From Bugula neritina (taxonomy: Eukaryota; Animalia; Bryozoa), in NCBI GenBank assembly GCA_964035545.1, contig CAXIUT010000230.1, positions 1,116,001 through 1,180,000 on the forward strand: 64,000 bases of DNA. Direction: 5' to 3'. The notes below the pieces were generated by a model. That model was not told where the DNA came from, did no database searches, and worked only from the letters and a program-made list of their open reading frames with translations. Below are positions 15,501 to 31,389 of this stretch, in pieces. Both the position numbers and the translations under genes were made by a program. Positions within the stretch are counted from its first letter, which is position 1, and every line of letters starts with the position of its first letter.

Positions 15501-18500
15501 ACTGCAACATACTGCAAGATACCGCAACCTACTGAAATACACTGTAACATATTGAAATACACTGCATCATACTGCAACATACTGAATTACACTGGAACAT
15601 ATTGATTTACACTGCAACACATTGAAATATACTGCAACACACTGAAACATACGGCAATATACCAAAATATACTGCGACACCTTGAAAAATACTGCAACAT
15701 ACGAAATATACTGCAAGTGGTGGAACATACTGAAATACAATTTGACACACTGGAATACACTGCAACATACTGCAACATACTGCAACATACTGAAATACAC
15801 TGTAACATATTGAATTACACTGCATCATACTGCAACACACTGAAAAAACACTGGAACATATTGATATGCACTGCAACTCATTGAAATATACTGCAACACA
15901 CTGCAACATACGGCAGCATACCGAAATATACTGCGACACCTTGAAAAATACTGCAACATACTGAAATATACCGCAAGTGGTGCAACATACTGAATTACAC
16001 TCTAACATACTGAAATATGCTGTAGCATACTGAAATACACTGCAACACACTGAAGTATACTGTAATACACTGAAATGTAATGCAACATACTGAATTATAC
16101 TGCAACATAGTGCAACATACTGAAATACACTGTGACACACTGAAATACACTGAAACATAATGCAACATACTGCAACATACTGAAATACACTGTAACATAT
16201 CGAAATACACTGCAACATACTGCAACATACTGCAACATACTGAAATACACCGTAACATATCGAAATACACTGCAACATACTGCAACATACTGAAATGCAC
16301 CGGAACATAATGGAATACCCTGCAACAGATTGAAATATACTGCAACAGACTGAAACATAAGGTAACACAATGAAGTATACTGCGACACATTAAAATATAC
16401 TGCAACATACTGAAATATACTGCAACATACTGAAATGTAATGTATTATACAGAAATGTACTGTAACATACTGAATTACACTCTAACATACTGAAACATGC
16501 TGTAGCATACTGAAATACACTGCAACACACTGAAGTATACTGTAATACACTGAAATGTGATGCAACATACTGAATTATACTGCAACAAACTGCAACATAC
16601 TGAAATACACTGTGACACACTGAAATACACTGCAACATACTGCAACATACTGCAACACACTAAAATACACTGCAAGACATTAAAATATACTGCAACATAC
16701 TGAAACATACTGCAACATACTGAAATATACTGCAACACACTGAAACATACGGCAACATACCGAAATAAACTGCAACACGTTGAAAATTATTTAAACATAC
16801 TGAAATATACTGCGACGCCTTAAAATATACTGCAACATACTGAAATAGACTGCAAGTGGTGCAACATACTGAAATACACTGTGACACACTGAAATACACT
16901 GCAACATACTGAAATACACTGGGATACATTGAAATATACTGTAACATACTGCAACATACTAAAATACACTGCAACACATTAAAATATACTGCAACATACT
17001 GAAACATACTGCAACATACTGAAATACACTGTGACACACTGAAATACACTGCAACATACTGCAACACACTGCAACATACTGAATTACACTGGAACATGTT
17101 GATATACACTGCAACACATTGAAATATACTGCAACACACTGAACCATATGGCAACATACCAAAATTTACTGCGACACACTGAAAAATACAGCAACATACG
17201 AATTATACTTCAAGTGGTGACACATACTGAAATACAATGTGACACACTGAAATACACTGCAACATACTGCAACATACTGCAACATACTAAAATACACTGC
17301 AACACATTAAAACATACTGCAACATACTGAAACATACTGCAACATACTGAAATACACTGTGACACACTGCAATACACTGCAACATACTGCAACATACTGC
17401 AACATACTGCAACATACTGAATTACACTGGAACATATCGATATACACTGCAACACATTGAAATATACTGCAACACACTGAACCATATGGCAACATACCAA
17501 AATTTACTGCGACACACTGAAAAATACAGCAACATACGAATTATACTTCAAGTGGTGCAACATACTGAAATACAATGTGACACACTGAAATACACTGCAA
17601 CATACTGCAACATACTGCAACATACTAAAATACACTGCAACACATTAAAATATACTGCAACATACTGAAACATACTGCAACATACTGAAATACACTGTGA
17701 TACACTGAAATACACTGCAACATACTGCAAGATACCGCAACCTACTGAAATACACTGTAACATATTGAAATGCACTGCATCATACTGCAACATACTGCAA
17801 CATACTAAAATACACTGCAACACATTAAAATATACTGCAACATACTGAAACATACTGCAACATACTGAAATACACTGTGACACACTGAAATACACTGCAA
17901 CATACTGCAACATACTGCAACATACTGCAACATACTGAATTACACTGGAACATATCGATATACACTGCAACACATTGAAATATACTGCAACACACTGAAC
18001 CATATGGCAACATACCAAAATTTACTGCGACACACTGAAAAATACAGCAACATACGAATTATACTTCAAGTGGTGCAACATACTGAAATACAATGTGACA
18101 CACTGAAATACACTGCAACATACTGCAACATACTGCAACATACTAAAATACACTGCAACACATTAAAATATACTGCAACATACTGAAACATACTGCAACA
18201 TACTGAAATACACTGTGACACACTGAAATACACTGCAACATACTGCAAGATACCGCAACCTACTGAAATACACTGTAACATATTGAAATGCACTGCATCA
18301 TACTGCAACATACTGCAACATACTAAAATACACTGCAACACATTAAAATATACTGCAACATACTGAAACATACTGCAACATACTGAAATACACTGTGACA
18401 TACTGAAATACACTGCAACATACTGCAAGATACCGCAACCTACTGAAATACACTGTAACATATTGAAATACACTGCATCATACTGCAACATACTGAATTA

Positions 18501-19200
18501 CACTGGAACATATTGATTTACACTGCAACACATTGAAATATACTGCAACACACTGAAACATACGGCAATATACCAAAATATACTGCGACACCTTGAAAAA
18601 TACTGCAACATACGAAATATACTGCAAGTGGTGGAACATACTGAAATACAATTTGACACACTGGAATACACTGCAACATACTGCAACATACTGCAACATA
18701 CTGAAATACACTGTAACATATTGAATTACACTGCATCATACTGCAACACACTGAAAAAACACTGGAACATATTGATATGCACTGCAACTCATTGAAATAT
18801 ACTGCAACACACTGCAACATACGGCAGCATACCGAAATATACTGCGACACCTTGAAAAATACTGCAACATACTGAAATATACCGCAAGTGGTGCAACATA
18901 CTGAATTACACTCTAACATACTGAAATATGCTGTAGCATACTGAAATACACTGCAACACACTGAAGTATACTGTAATACACTGAAATGTAATGCAACATA
19001 CTGAATTATACTGCAACATAGTGCAACATACTGAAATACACTGTGACACACTGAAATACACTGAAACATAATGCAACATACTGCAACATACTGAAATACA
19101 CTGTAACATATCGAAATACACTGCAACATACTGCAACATACTGCAACATACTGCAACATACTGAATTACACTGGAACATATCGATATACACTGCAACACA
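12600..19200 (+). repeat. 4137-bp period duplication (338+518+1226+2055); repeated again at ~28690-35300
   Basis: Landmarks 13011/17148, 13349/17486, 13867/18004 and 29101/33238, 29439/33576, 29957/34094 all differ by 4137. Confidence 0.85.
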
Positions 19201-19651
19201 TTAAAATATACTGCAACATACTGAAACATACTGCAACATACTGAAATACACTGTGACACACTGAAATACACTGCAACATACTGCAAGATACCGCAACCTA
19301 CTGAAATACACTGTAACATATTGAAATGCACTGCATCATACTGCAACATACTGCAACATACTAAAATACACTGCAACACATTAAAATATACTGCAACATA
19401 CTGAAACATACTGCAACATACTGAAATACACTGTGACATACTGAAATACACTGCAACATACTGCAAGATACCGCAACCTACTGAAATACACTGTAACATA
19501 TTGAAATACACTGCATCATACTGCAACATACTGAATTACACTGGAACATATTGATTTACACTGCAACACATTGAAATATACTGCAACACCCTGAAACATA
19601 CGGCAATATACCAAAATATACTGCGACACCTTGAAAAATACTGCAACATAC

Positions 19652-22600
19652 GAAATATACCGCAAGTGGTGCAACATACTGAATTACACTCTAACATACT
19701 GAAATATGCTGTAGCATACTGAAATACACTGCAACACACTGAAGTATACTGTAATACACTGAAATGTAATGCAACATACTGAATTATACTGCAACATAGT
19801 GCAACATACTGAAATACACTGTGACACACTGAAATACACTGAAACATAATGCAACATACTGCAACATACTGAAATACACTGTAACATATCGAAATACACT
19901 GCAACATACTGCAACATACTGCAACATACTGAAATACACCGTAACATATCGAAATACACTGCAACATACTGCAACATACTGAAATGCACCGGAACATAAT
20001 GGAATACCCTGCAACAGATTGAAATATACTGCAACAGACTGAAACATAAGGTAACACAATGAAGTATACTGCGACACATTAAAATATACTGCAACATACT
20101 GAAATATACTGCAACATACTGAAATGTAATGTATTATACAGAAATGTACTGTAACATACTGAATTACACTCTAACATACTGAAACATGCTGTAGCATACT
20201 GAAATACACTGCAACACACTGAAGTATACTGTAATACACTGAAATGTGATGCAACATACTGAATTATACTGCAACAAACTGCAACATACTGAAATACACT
20301 GTGACACACTGAAATACACTGCAACATACTGCAACATACTGCAACATACTAAAATACACTGCAAGACATTAAAATATACTGCAACATACTGAAACATACT
20401 GCAACATACTGAAATATACTGCAACACACTGAAACATACGGCAACATACCGAAATAAACTGCAACACGTTGAAAATTATTTAAACATACTGAAATATACT
20501 GCGACGCCTTAAAATATACTGCAACATACTGAAATAGACTGCAAGTGGTGCAACATACTGAAATACACTGTGACACACTGAAATACACTGCAACATACTG
20601 AAATACACTGGGATACATTGAAATATACTGTAACATACTGCAACATACTAAAATACACTGCAACACATTAAAATATACTGCAACATACTGAAACATACTG
20701 CAACATACTGAAATACACTGTGACACACTGAAATACACTGCAACATACTGCAACACACTGCAACATACTGAATTACACTGGAACATGTTGATATACACTG
20801 CAACACATTGAAATATACTGCAACACACTGAACCATATGGCAACATACCAAAATTTACTGCGACACACTGAAAAATACAGCAACATACGAATTATACTTC
20901 AAGTGGTGACACATACTGAAATACAATGTGACACACTGAAATACACTGCAACATACTGCAACATACTGCAACATACTAAAATACACTGCAACACATTAAA
21001 ACATACTGCAACATACTGAAACATACTGCAACATACTGAAATACACTGTGACACACTGCAATACACTGCAACATACTGCAACATACTGCAACATACTGCA
21101 ACATACTGAATTACACTGGAACATATCGATATACACTGCAACACATTGAAATATACTGCAACACACTGAACCATATGGCAACATACCAAAATTTACTGCG
21201 ACACACTGAAAAATACAGCAACATACGAATTATACTTCAAGTGGTGCAACATACTGAAATACAATGTGACACACTGAAATACACTGCAACATACTGCAAC
21301 ATACTGCAACATACTAAAATACACTGCAACACATTAAAATATACTGCAACATACTGAAACATACTGCAACATACTGAAATACACTGTGATACACTGAAAT
21401 ACACTGCAACATACTGCAAGATACCGCAACCTACTGAAATACACTGTAACATATTGAAATGCACTGCATCATACTGCAACATACTGCAACATACTAAAAT
21501 ACACTGCAACACATTAAAATATACTGCAACATACTGAAACATACTGCAACATACTGAAATACACTGTGACATACTGAAATACACTGCAACATACTGCAAG
21601 ATACCGCAACCTACTGAAATACACTGTAACATATTGAAATACACTGCATCATACTGCAACATACTGAATTACACTGGAACATATTGATTTACACTGCAAC
21701 ACATTGAAATATACTGCAACACACTGAAACATACGGCAATATACCAAAATATACTGCGACACCTTGAAAAATACTGCAACATACGAAATATACTGCAAGT
21801 GGTGGAACATACTGAAATACAATGTGACACACTGGAATACACTGCAACATACTGCAACATACTGCAACATACTGAAATACACTGTAACATATTGAATTAC
21901 ACTGCATCATACTGCAACACACTGAAAAAACACTGGAACATATTGATATGCACTGCAACTCATTGAAATATACTGCAACACACTGCAACATACGGCAGCA
22001 TACCGAAATATACTGCGACACCTTGAAAAATACTGCAACATACTGAAATATACCGCAAGTGGTGCAACATACTGAATTACACTCTAACATACTGAAATAT
22101 GCTGTAGCATACTGAAATACACTGCAACACACTGAAGTATACTGTAATACACTGAAATGTAATGCAACATACTGAATTATACTGCAACATAGTGCAACAT
22201 ACTGAAATACACTGTGACACACTGAAATACACTGAAACATAATGCAACATACTGCAACATACTGAAATACACTGTAACATATCGAAATACACTGCAACAT
22301 ACTGCAACATACTGCAACATACTGAAATACACCGTAACATATCGAAATACACTGCAACATACTGCAACATACTGAAATGCACCGGAACATAATGGAATAC
22401 CCTGCAACAGATTGAAATATACTGCAACAGACTGAAACATAAGGTAACACAATGAAGTATACTGCGATACATTAAAATATACTGCAACATACTGAAATAT
22501 ACTGCAACATACTGAAATGTAATGTATTATACAGAAATGTACTGTAACATACTGAATTACACTCTAACATACTGAAACATGCTGTAGCATACTGAAATAC

Positions 22601-25600
22601 ACTGCAACACACTGAAGTATACTGTAATACACTGAAATGTGATGCAACATACTGAATTATACTGCAACAAACTGCAACATACTGAAATACACTGTGACAC
22701 ACTGAAATACACTGCAACATACTGCAACATACTGCAACATACTAAAATACACTGCAAGACATTAAAATATACTGCAACATACTGAAACATACTGCAACAT
22801 ACTGAAATATACTGCAACACACTGAAACATACGGCAACATACCGAAATAAACTGCAACACGTTGAAAATTATTTAAACATACTGAAATATACTGCGACGC
22901 CTTAAAATATACTGCAACATACTGAAATAGACTGCAAGTGGTGCAACATACTGAAATACACTGTGACACACTGAAATACACTGCAACATACTGAAATACA
23001 CTGGGATACATTGAAATATACTGTAACATACTGCAACATACTAAAATACACTGCAACACATTAAAATATACTGCAACATACTGAAACATACTGCAACATA
23101 CTGAAATACACTGTGACACACTGAAATACACTGCAACATACTGCAACACACTGCAACATACTGAATTACACTGGAACATGTTGATATACACTGCAACACA
23201 TTGAAATATACTGCAACACACTGAACCATATGGCAACATACCAAAATTTACTGCGACACACTGAAAAATACAGCAACATACGAATTATACTTCAAGTGGT
23301 GACACATACTGAAATACAATGTGACACACTGAAATACACTGCAACATACTGCAACATACTGCAACATACTAAAATACACTGCAACACATTAAAACATACT
23401 GCAACATACTGAAACATACTGCAACATACTGAAATACACTGTGACACACTGCAATACACTGCAACATACTGCAACATACTGCAACATACTGCAACATACT
23501 GAATTACACTGGAACATATCGATATACACTGCAACACATTGAAATATACTGCAACACACTGAACCATATGGCAACATACCAAAATTTACTGCGACACACT
23601 GAAAAATACAGCAACATACGAATTATACTTCAAGTGGTGCAACATACTGAAATACAATGTGACACACTGAAATACACTGCAACATACTGCAACATACTGC
23701 AACATACTAAAATACACTGCAACACATTAAAATATACTGCAACATACTGAAACATACTGCAACATACTGAAATACGCTGTGATACACTGAAATACACTGC
23801 AACATACTGCAAGATACCGCAACCTACTGAAATACACTGTAACATATTGAAATGCACTGCATCATACTGCAACATACTGCAACATACTAAAATACACTGC
23901 AACACATTAAAATATACTGCAACATACTGAAACATACTGCAACATACTGAAATACACTGTGACACACTGAAATACACTGCAACATACTGCAACATACTGC
24001 AACATACTGCAACATACTGAATTACACTGGAACATATCGATATACACTGCAACACATTGAAATATACTGCAACACACTGAACCATATGGCAACATACCAA
24101 AATTTACTGCGACACACTGAAAAATACAGCAACATACGAATTATACTTCAAGTGGTGCAACATACTGAAATACAATGTGACACACTGAAATACACTGCAA
24201 CATACTGCAACATACTGCAACATACTAAAATACACTGCAACACATTAAAATATACTGCAACATACTGAAACATACTGCAACATACTGAAATACACTGTGA
24301 CACACTGAAATACACTGCAACATACTGCAAGATACCGCAACCTACTGAAATACACTGTAACATATTGAAATGCACTGCATCATACTGCAACATACTGCAA
24401 CATACTAAAATACACTGCAACACATTAAAATATACTGCAACATACTGAAACATACTGCAACATACTGAAATACACTGTGACATACTGAAATACACTGCAA
24501 CATACTGCAAGATACCGCAACCTACTGAAATACACTGTAACATATTGAAATACACTGCATCATACTGCAACATACTGAATTACACTGGAACATATTGATT
24601 TACACTGCAACACATTGAAATATACTGCAACACACTGAAACATACGGCAATATACCAAAATATACTGCGACACCTTGAAAAATACTGCAACATACGAAAT
24701 ATACTGCAAGTGGTGGAACATACTGAAATACAATTTGACACACTGGAATACACTGCAACATACTGCAACATACTGCAACATACTGAAATACACTGTAACA
24801 TATTGAATTACACTGCATCATACTGCAACACACTGAAAAAACACTGGAACATATTGATATGCACTGCAACTCATTGAAATATACTGCAACACACTGCAAC
24901 ATACGGCAGCATACCGAAATATACTGCGACACCTTGAAAAATACTGCAACATACTGAAATATACCGCAAGTGGTGCAACATACTGAATTACACTCTAACA
25001 TACTGAAATATGCTGTAGCATACTGAAATACACTGCAACACACTGAAGTATACTGTAATACACTGAAATGTAATGCAACATACTGAATTATACTGCAACA
25101 TAGTGCAACATACTGAAATACACTGTGACACACTGAAATACACTGAAACATAATGCAACATACTGCAACATACTGAAATACACTGTAACATATCGAAATA
25201 CACTGCAACATACTGCAACATACTGCAACATACTGCAACATACTGAATTACACTGGAACATATCGATATACACTGCAACACATTGAAATATACTGCAACA
25301 CACTGAACCATATGGCAACATACCAAAATTTACTGCGACACACTGAAAAATACAGCAACATACGATTTATACTTCAAGTGGTGCAACATACTGAAATACA
25401 ATGTGACACACTGAAATACACTGCAACATACTGCAACATACTGCAACATACTAAAATACACTGCAACACATTAAAATATACTGCAACATACTGAAACATA
25501 CTGCAACATACTGAAATATACCGCAAGTGGTGCAACATACTGAATTACACTCTAACATACTGAAATATGCTGTAGCATACTGAAATACACTGCAACACAC

Positions 25601-28600
25601 TGAAGTATACTGTAATACACTGAAATGTAATGCAACATACTGAATTATACTGCAACATAGTGCAACATACTGAAATACACTGTGACACACTGAAATACAC
25701 TGAAACATAATGCAACATACTGCAACATACTGAAATACACTGTAACATATCGAAATACACTGCAACATACTGCAACATACTGCAACATACTGAAATACAC
25801 CGTAACATATCGAAATACACTGCAACATACTGCAACATACTGAAATGCACCGGAACATAATGGAATACCCTGCAACAGATTGAAATATACTGCAACAGAC
25901 TGAAACATAAGGTAACACAATGAAGTATACTGCGACACATTAAAATATACTGCAACATACTGAAATATACTGCAACATACTGAAATGTAATGTATTATAC
26001 AGAAATGTACTGTAACATACTGAATTACACTCTAACATACTGAAACATGCTGTAGCATACTGAAATACACTGCAACACACTGAAGTATACTGTAATACAC
26101 TGAAATGTGATGCAACATACTGAATTATACTGCAACAAACTGCAACATACTGAAATACACTGTGACACACTGAAATACACTGCAACATACTGCAACATAC
26201 TGCAACATACTAAAATACACTGCAAGACATTAAAATATACTGCAACATACTGAAACATACTGCAACATACTGAAATATACTGCAACACACTGAAACATAC
26301 GGCAACATACCGAAATAAACTGCAACACGTTGAAAATTATTTAAACATACTGAAATATACTGCGACGCCTTAAAATATACTGCAACATACTGAAATAGAC
26401 TGCAAGTGGTGCAACATACTGAAATACACTGTGACACACTGAAATACACTGCAACATACTGAAATACACTGGGATACATTGAAATATACTGTAACATACT
26501 GCAACATACTAAAATACACTGCAACACATTAAAATATACTGCAACATACTGAAACATACTGCAACATACTGAAATACACTGTGACACACTGAAATACACT
26601 GCAACATACTGCAACACACTGCAACATACTGAATTACACTGGAACATGTTGATATACACTGCAACACATTGAAATATACTGCAACACACTGAACCATATG
26701 GCAACATACCAAAATTTACTGCGACACACTGAAAAATACAGCAACATACGAATTATACTTCAAGTGGTGACACATACTGAAATACAATGTGACACACTGA
26801 AATACACTGCAACATACTGCAACATACTGCAACATACTAAAATACACTGCAACACATTAAAACATACTGCAACATACTGAAACATACTGCAACATACTGA
26901 AATACACTGTGACACACTGCAATACACTGCAACATACTGCAACATACTGCAACATACTGCAACATACTGAATTACACTGGAACATATCGATATACACTGC
27001 AACACATTGAAATATACTGCAACACACTGAACCATATGGCAACATACCAAAATTTACTGCGACACACTGAAAAATACAGCAACATACGAATTATACTTCA
27101 AGTGGTGCAACATACTGAAATACAATGTGACACACTGAAATACACTGCAACATACTGCAACATACTGCAACATACTAAAATACACTGCAACACATTAAAA
27201 TATACTGCAACATACTGAAACATACTGCAACATACTGAAATACACTGTGATACACTGAAATACACTGCAACATACTGCAAGATACCGCAACCTACTGAAA
27301 TACACTGTAACATATTGAAATGCACTGCATCATACTGCAACATACTGCAACATACTAAAATACACTGCAACACATTAAAATATACTGCAACATACTGAAA
27401 CATACTGCAACATACTGAAATACACTGTGACATACTGAAATACACTGCAACATACTGCAAGATACCGCAACCTACTGAAATACACTGTAACATATTGAAA
27501 TACACTGCAACATACTGCAACATACTGCAACATACTGAATTACACTGGAACATATTGATTTACACTGCAACACATTGAAATATACTGCAACACACTGAAA
27601 CATACGGCAATATACCAAAATATACTGCGACACCTTGAAAAATACTGCAACATACGAAATATACTGCAAGTGGTGGAACATACTGAAATACAATGTGACA
27701 CACTGGAATACACTGCAACATACTGCAACATACTGCAACATACTGAAATACACTGTAACATATTGAATTACACTGCATCATACTGCAACACACTGAAAAA
27801 ACACTGGAACATATTGATATGCACTGCAACTCATTGAAATATACTGCAACACACTGCAACATACGGCAGCATACCGAAATATACTGCGACACCTTGAAAA
27901 ATACTGCAACATACTGAAATATACCGCAAGTGGTGCAACATACTGAATTACACTCTAACATACTGAAATATGCTGTAGCATACTGAAATACACTGCAACA
28001 CACTGAAGTATACTGTAATACACTGAAATGTAATGCAACATACTGAATTATACTGCAACATAGTGCAACATACTGAAATACACTGTGACACACTGAAATA
28101 CACTGAAACATAATGCAACATACTGCAACATACTGAAATACACTGTAACATATCGAAATACACTGCAACATACTGCAACATACTGCAACATACTGAAATA
28201 CACCGTAACATATCGAAATACACTGCAACATACTGCAACATACTGAAATGCACCGGAACATAATGGAATACCCTGCAACAGATTGAAATATACTGCAACA
28301 GACTGAAACATAAGGTAACACAATGAAGTATACTGCGATACATTAAAATATACTGCAACATACTGAAATATACTGCAACATACTGAAATGTAATGTATTA
28401 TACAGAAATGTACTGTAACATACTGAATTACACTCTAACATACTGAAACATGCTGTAGCATACTGAAATACACTGCAACACACTGAAGTATACTGTAATA
28501 CACTGAAATGTGATGCAACATACTGAATTATACTGCAACAAACTGCAACATACTGAAATACACTGTGACACACTGAAATACACTGCAACATACTGCAACA

Positions 28601-31389
28601 TACTGCAACATACTAAAATACACTGCAAGACATTAAAATATACTGCAACATACTGAAACATACTGCAACATACTGAAATATACTGCAACACACTGAAACA
28701 TACGGCAACATACCGAAATAAACTGCAACACGTTGAAAATTATTTAAACATACTGAAATATACTGCGACGCCTTAAAATATACTGCAACATACTGAAATA
28801 GACTGCAAGTGGTGCAACATACTGAAATACACTGTGACACACTGAAATACACTGCAACATACTGAAATACACTGGGATACATTGAAATATACTGTAACAT
28901 ACTGCAACATACTAAAATACACTGCAACACATTAAAATATACTGCAACATACTGAAACATACTGCAACATACTGAAATACACTGTGACACACTGAAATAC
29001 ACTGCAACATACTGCAACACACTGCAACATACTGAATTACACTGGAACATGTTGATATACACTGCAACACATTGAAATATACTGCAACACACTGAACCAT
29101 ATGGCAACATACCAAAATTTACTGCGACACACTGAAAAATACAGCAACATACGAATTATACTTCAAGTGGTGACACATACTGAAATACAATGTGACACAC
29201 TGAAATACACTGCAACATACTGCAACATACTGCAACATACTAAAATACACTGCAACACATTAAAACATACTGCAACATACTGAAACATACTGCAACATAC
29301 TGAAATACACTGTGACACACTGCAATACACTGCAACATACTGCAACATACTGCAACATACTGCAACATACTGAATTACACTGGAACATATCGATATACAC
29401 TGCAACACATTGAAATATACTGCAACACACTGAACCATATGGCAACATACCAAAATTTACTGCGACACACTGAAAAATACAGCAACATACGAATTATACT
29501 TCAAGTGGTGCAACATACTGAAATACAATGTGACACACTGAAATACACTGCAACATACTGCAACATACTGCAACATACTAAAATACACTGCAACACATTA
29601 AAATATACTGCAACATACTGAAACATACTGCAACATACTGAAATACGCTGTGATACACTGAAATACACTGCAACATACTGCAAGATACCGCAACCTACTG
29701 AAATACACTGTAACATATTGAAATGCACTGCATCATACTGCAACATACTGCAACATACTAAAATACACTGCAACACATTAAAATATACTGCAACATACTG
29801 AAACATACTGCAACATACTGAAATACACTGTGACACACTGAAATACACTGCAACATACTGCAACATACTGCAACATACTGCAACATACTGAATTACACTG
29901 GAACATATCGATATACACTGCAACACATTGAAATATACTGCAACACACTGAACCATATGGCAACATACCAAAATTTACTGCGACACACTGAAAAATACAG
30001 CAACATACGAATTATACTTCAAGTGGTGCAACATACTGAAATACAATGTGACACACTGAAATACACTGCAACATACTGCAACATACTGCAACATACTAAA
30101 ATACACTGCAACACATTAAAATATACTGCAACATACTGAAACATACTGCAACATACTGAAATACACTGTGACACACTGAAATACACTGCAACATACTGCA
30201 AGATACCGCAACCTACTGAAATACACTGTAACATATTGAAATGCACTGCATCATACTGCAACATACTGCAACATACTAAAATACACTGCAACACATTAAA
30301 ATATACTGCAACATACTGAAACATACTGCAACATACTGAAATACACTGTGACATACTGAAATACACTGCAACATACTGCAAGATACCGCAACCTACTGAA
30401 ATACACTGTAACATATTGAAATACACTGCATCATACTGCAACATACTGAATTACACTGGAACATATTGATTTACACTGCAACACATTGAAATATACTGCA
30501 ACACACTGAAACATACGGCAATATACCAAAATATACTGCGACACCTTGAAAAATACTGCAACATACGAAATATACTGCAAGTGGTGGAACATACTGAAAT
30601 ACAATTTGACACACTGGAATACACTGCAACATACTGCAACATACTGCAACATACTGAAATACACTGTAACATATTGAATTACACTGCATCATACTGCAAC
30701 ACACTGAAAAAACACTGGAACATATTGATATGCACTGCAACTCATTGAAATATACTGCAACACACTGCAACATACGGCAGCATACCGAAATATACTGCGA
30801 CACCTTGAAAAATACTGCAACATACTGAAATATACCGCAAGTGGTGCAACATACTGAATTACACTCTAACATACTGAAATATGCTGTAGCATACTGAAAT
30901 ACACTGCAACACACTGAAGTATACTGTAATACACTGAAATGTAATGCAACATACTGAATTATACTGCAACATAGTGCAACATACTGAAATACACTGTGAC
31001 ACACTGAAATACACTGAAACATAATGCAACATACTGCAACATACTGAAATACACTGTAACATATCGAAATACACTGCAACATACTGCAACATACTGCAAC
31101 ATACTGCAACATACTGAATTACACTGGAACATATCGATATACACTGCAACACATTGAAATATACTGCAACACACTGAACCATATGGCAACATACCAAAAT
31201 TTACTGCGACACACTGAAAAATACAGCAACATACGATTTATACTTCAAGTGGTGCAACATACTGAAATACAATGTGACACACTGAAATACACTGCAACAT
31301 ACTGCAACATACTGCAACATACTAAAATACACTGCAACACATTAAAATATACTGCAACATACTGAAACATACTGCAACATACTGAAATA
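19652..31389 (+). repeat. 5861/5871-bp tandem duplication, junction at ~25513
   Basis: Landmarks 20837/26698 differ by 5861; 23230/29101 and 25312/31183 differ by 5871. Shared rare alleles: TACGCTGTG (G at 23776, 29647) and GCGATAC (T at 22468, 28339). Confidence 0.9.
20837..23229 (+). repeat. One copy of the 2393-bp core HOR (338 + 2055); other copies at 37197-39589 and 42062-44454, with a 2403-bp variant at 26698-29100
   Basis: Landmark spacings 20837>21175>23230, 37197>37535>39590 and 42062>42400>44455 with identical module order. The TGGAATACCC landmark also recurs at 2393 bp (20000>22393). Confidence 0.9.

Noticed and set aside
16305-16320. AATGGAAT similarity to human satellite II/III (GGAAT)n
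   Set aside because: It occurs once per HOR, which is expected by chance.
21791-21810. GCAAGTGGTGG resembling Chi (GCTGGTGG) or a telomeric/G4 motif
   Set aside because: It is mismatched to Chi, has too few G-tracts for a quadruplex and is not tandem.
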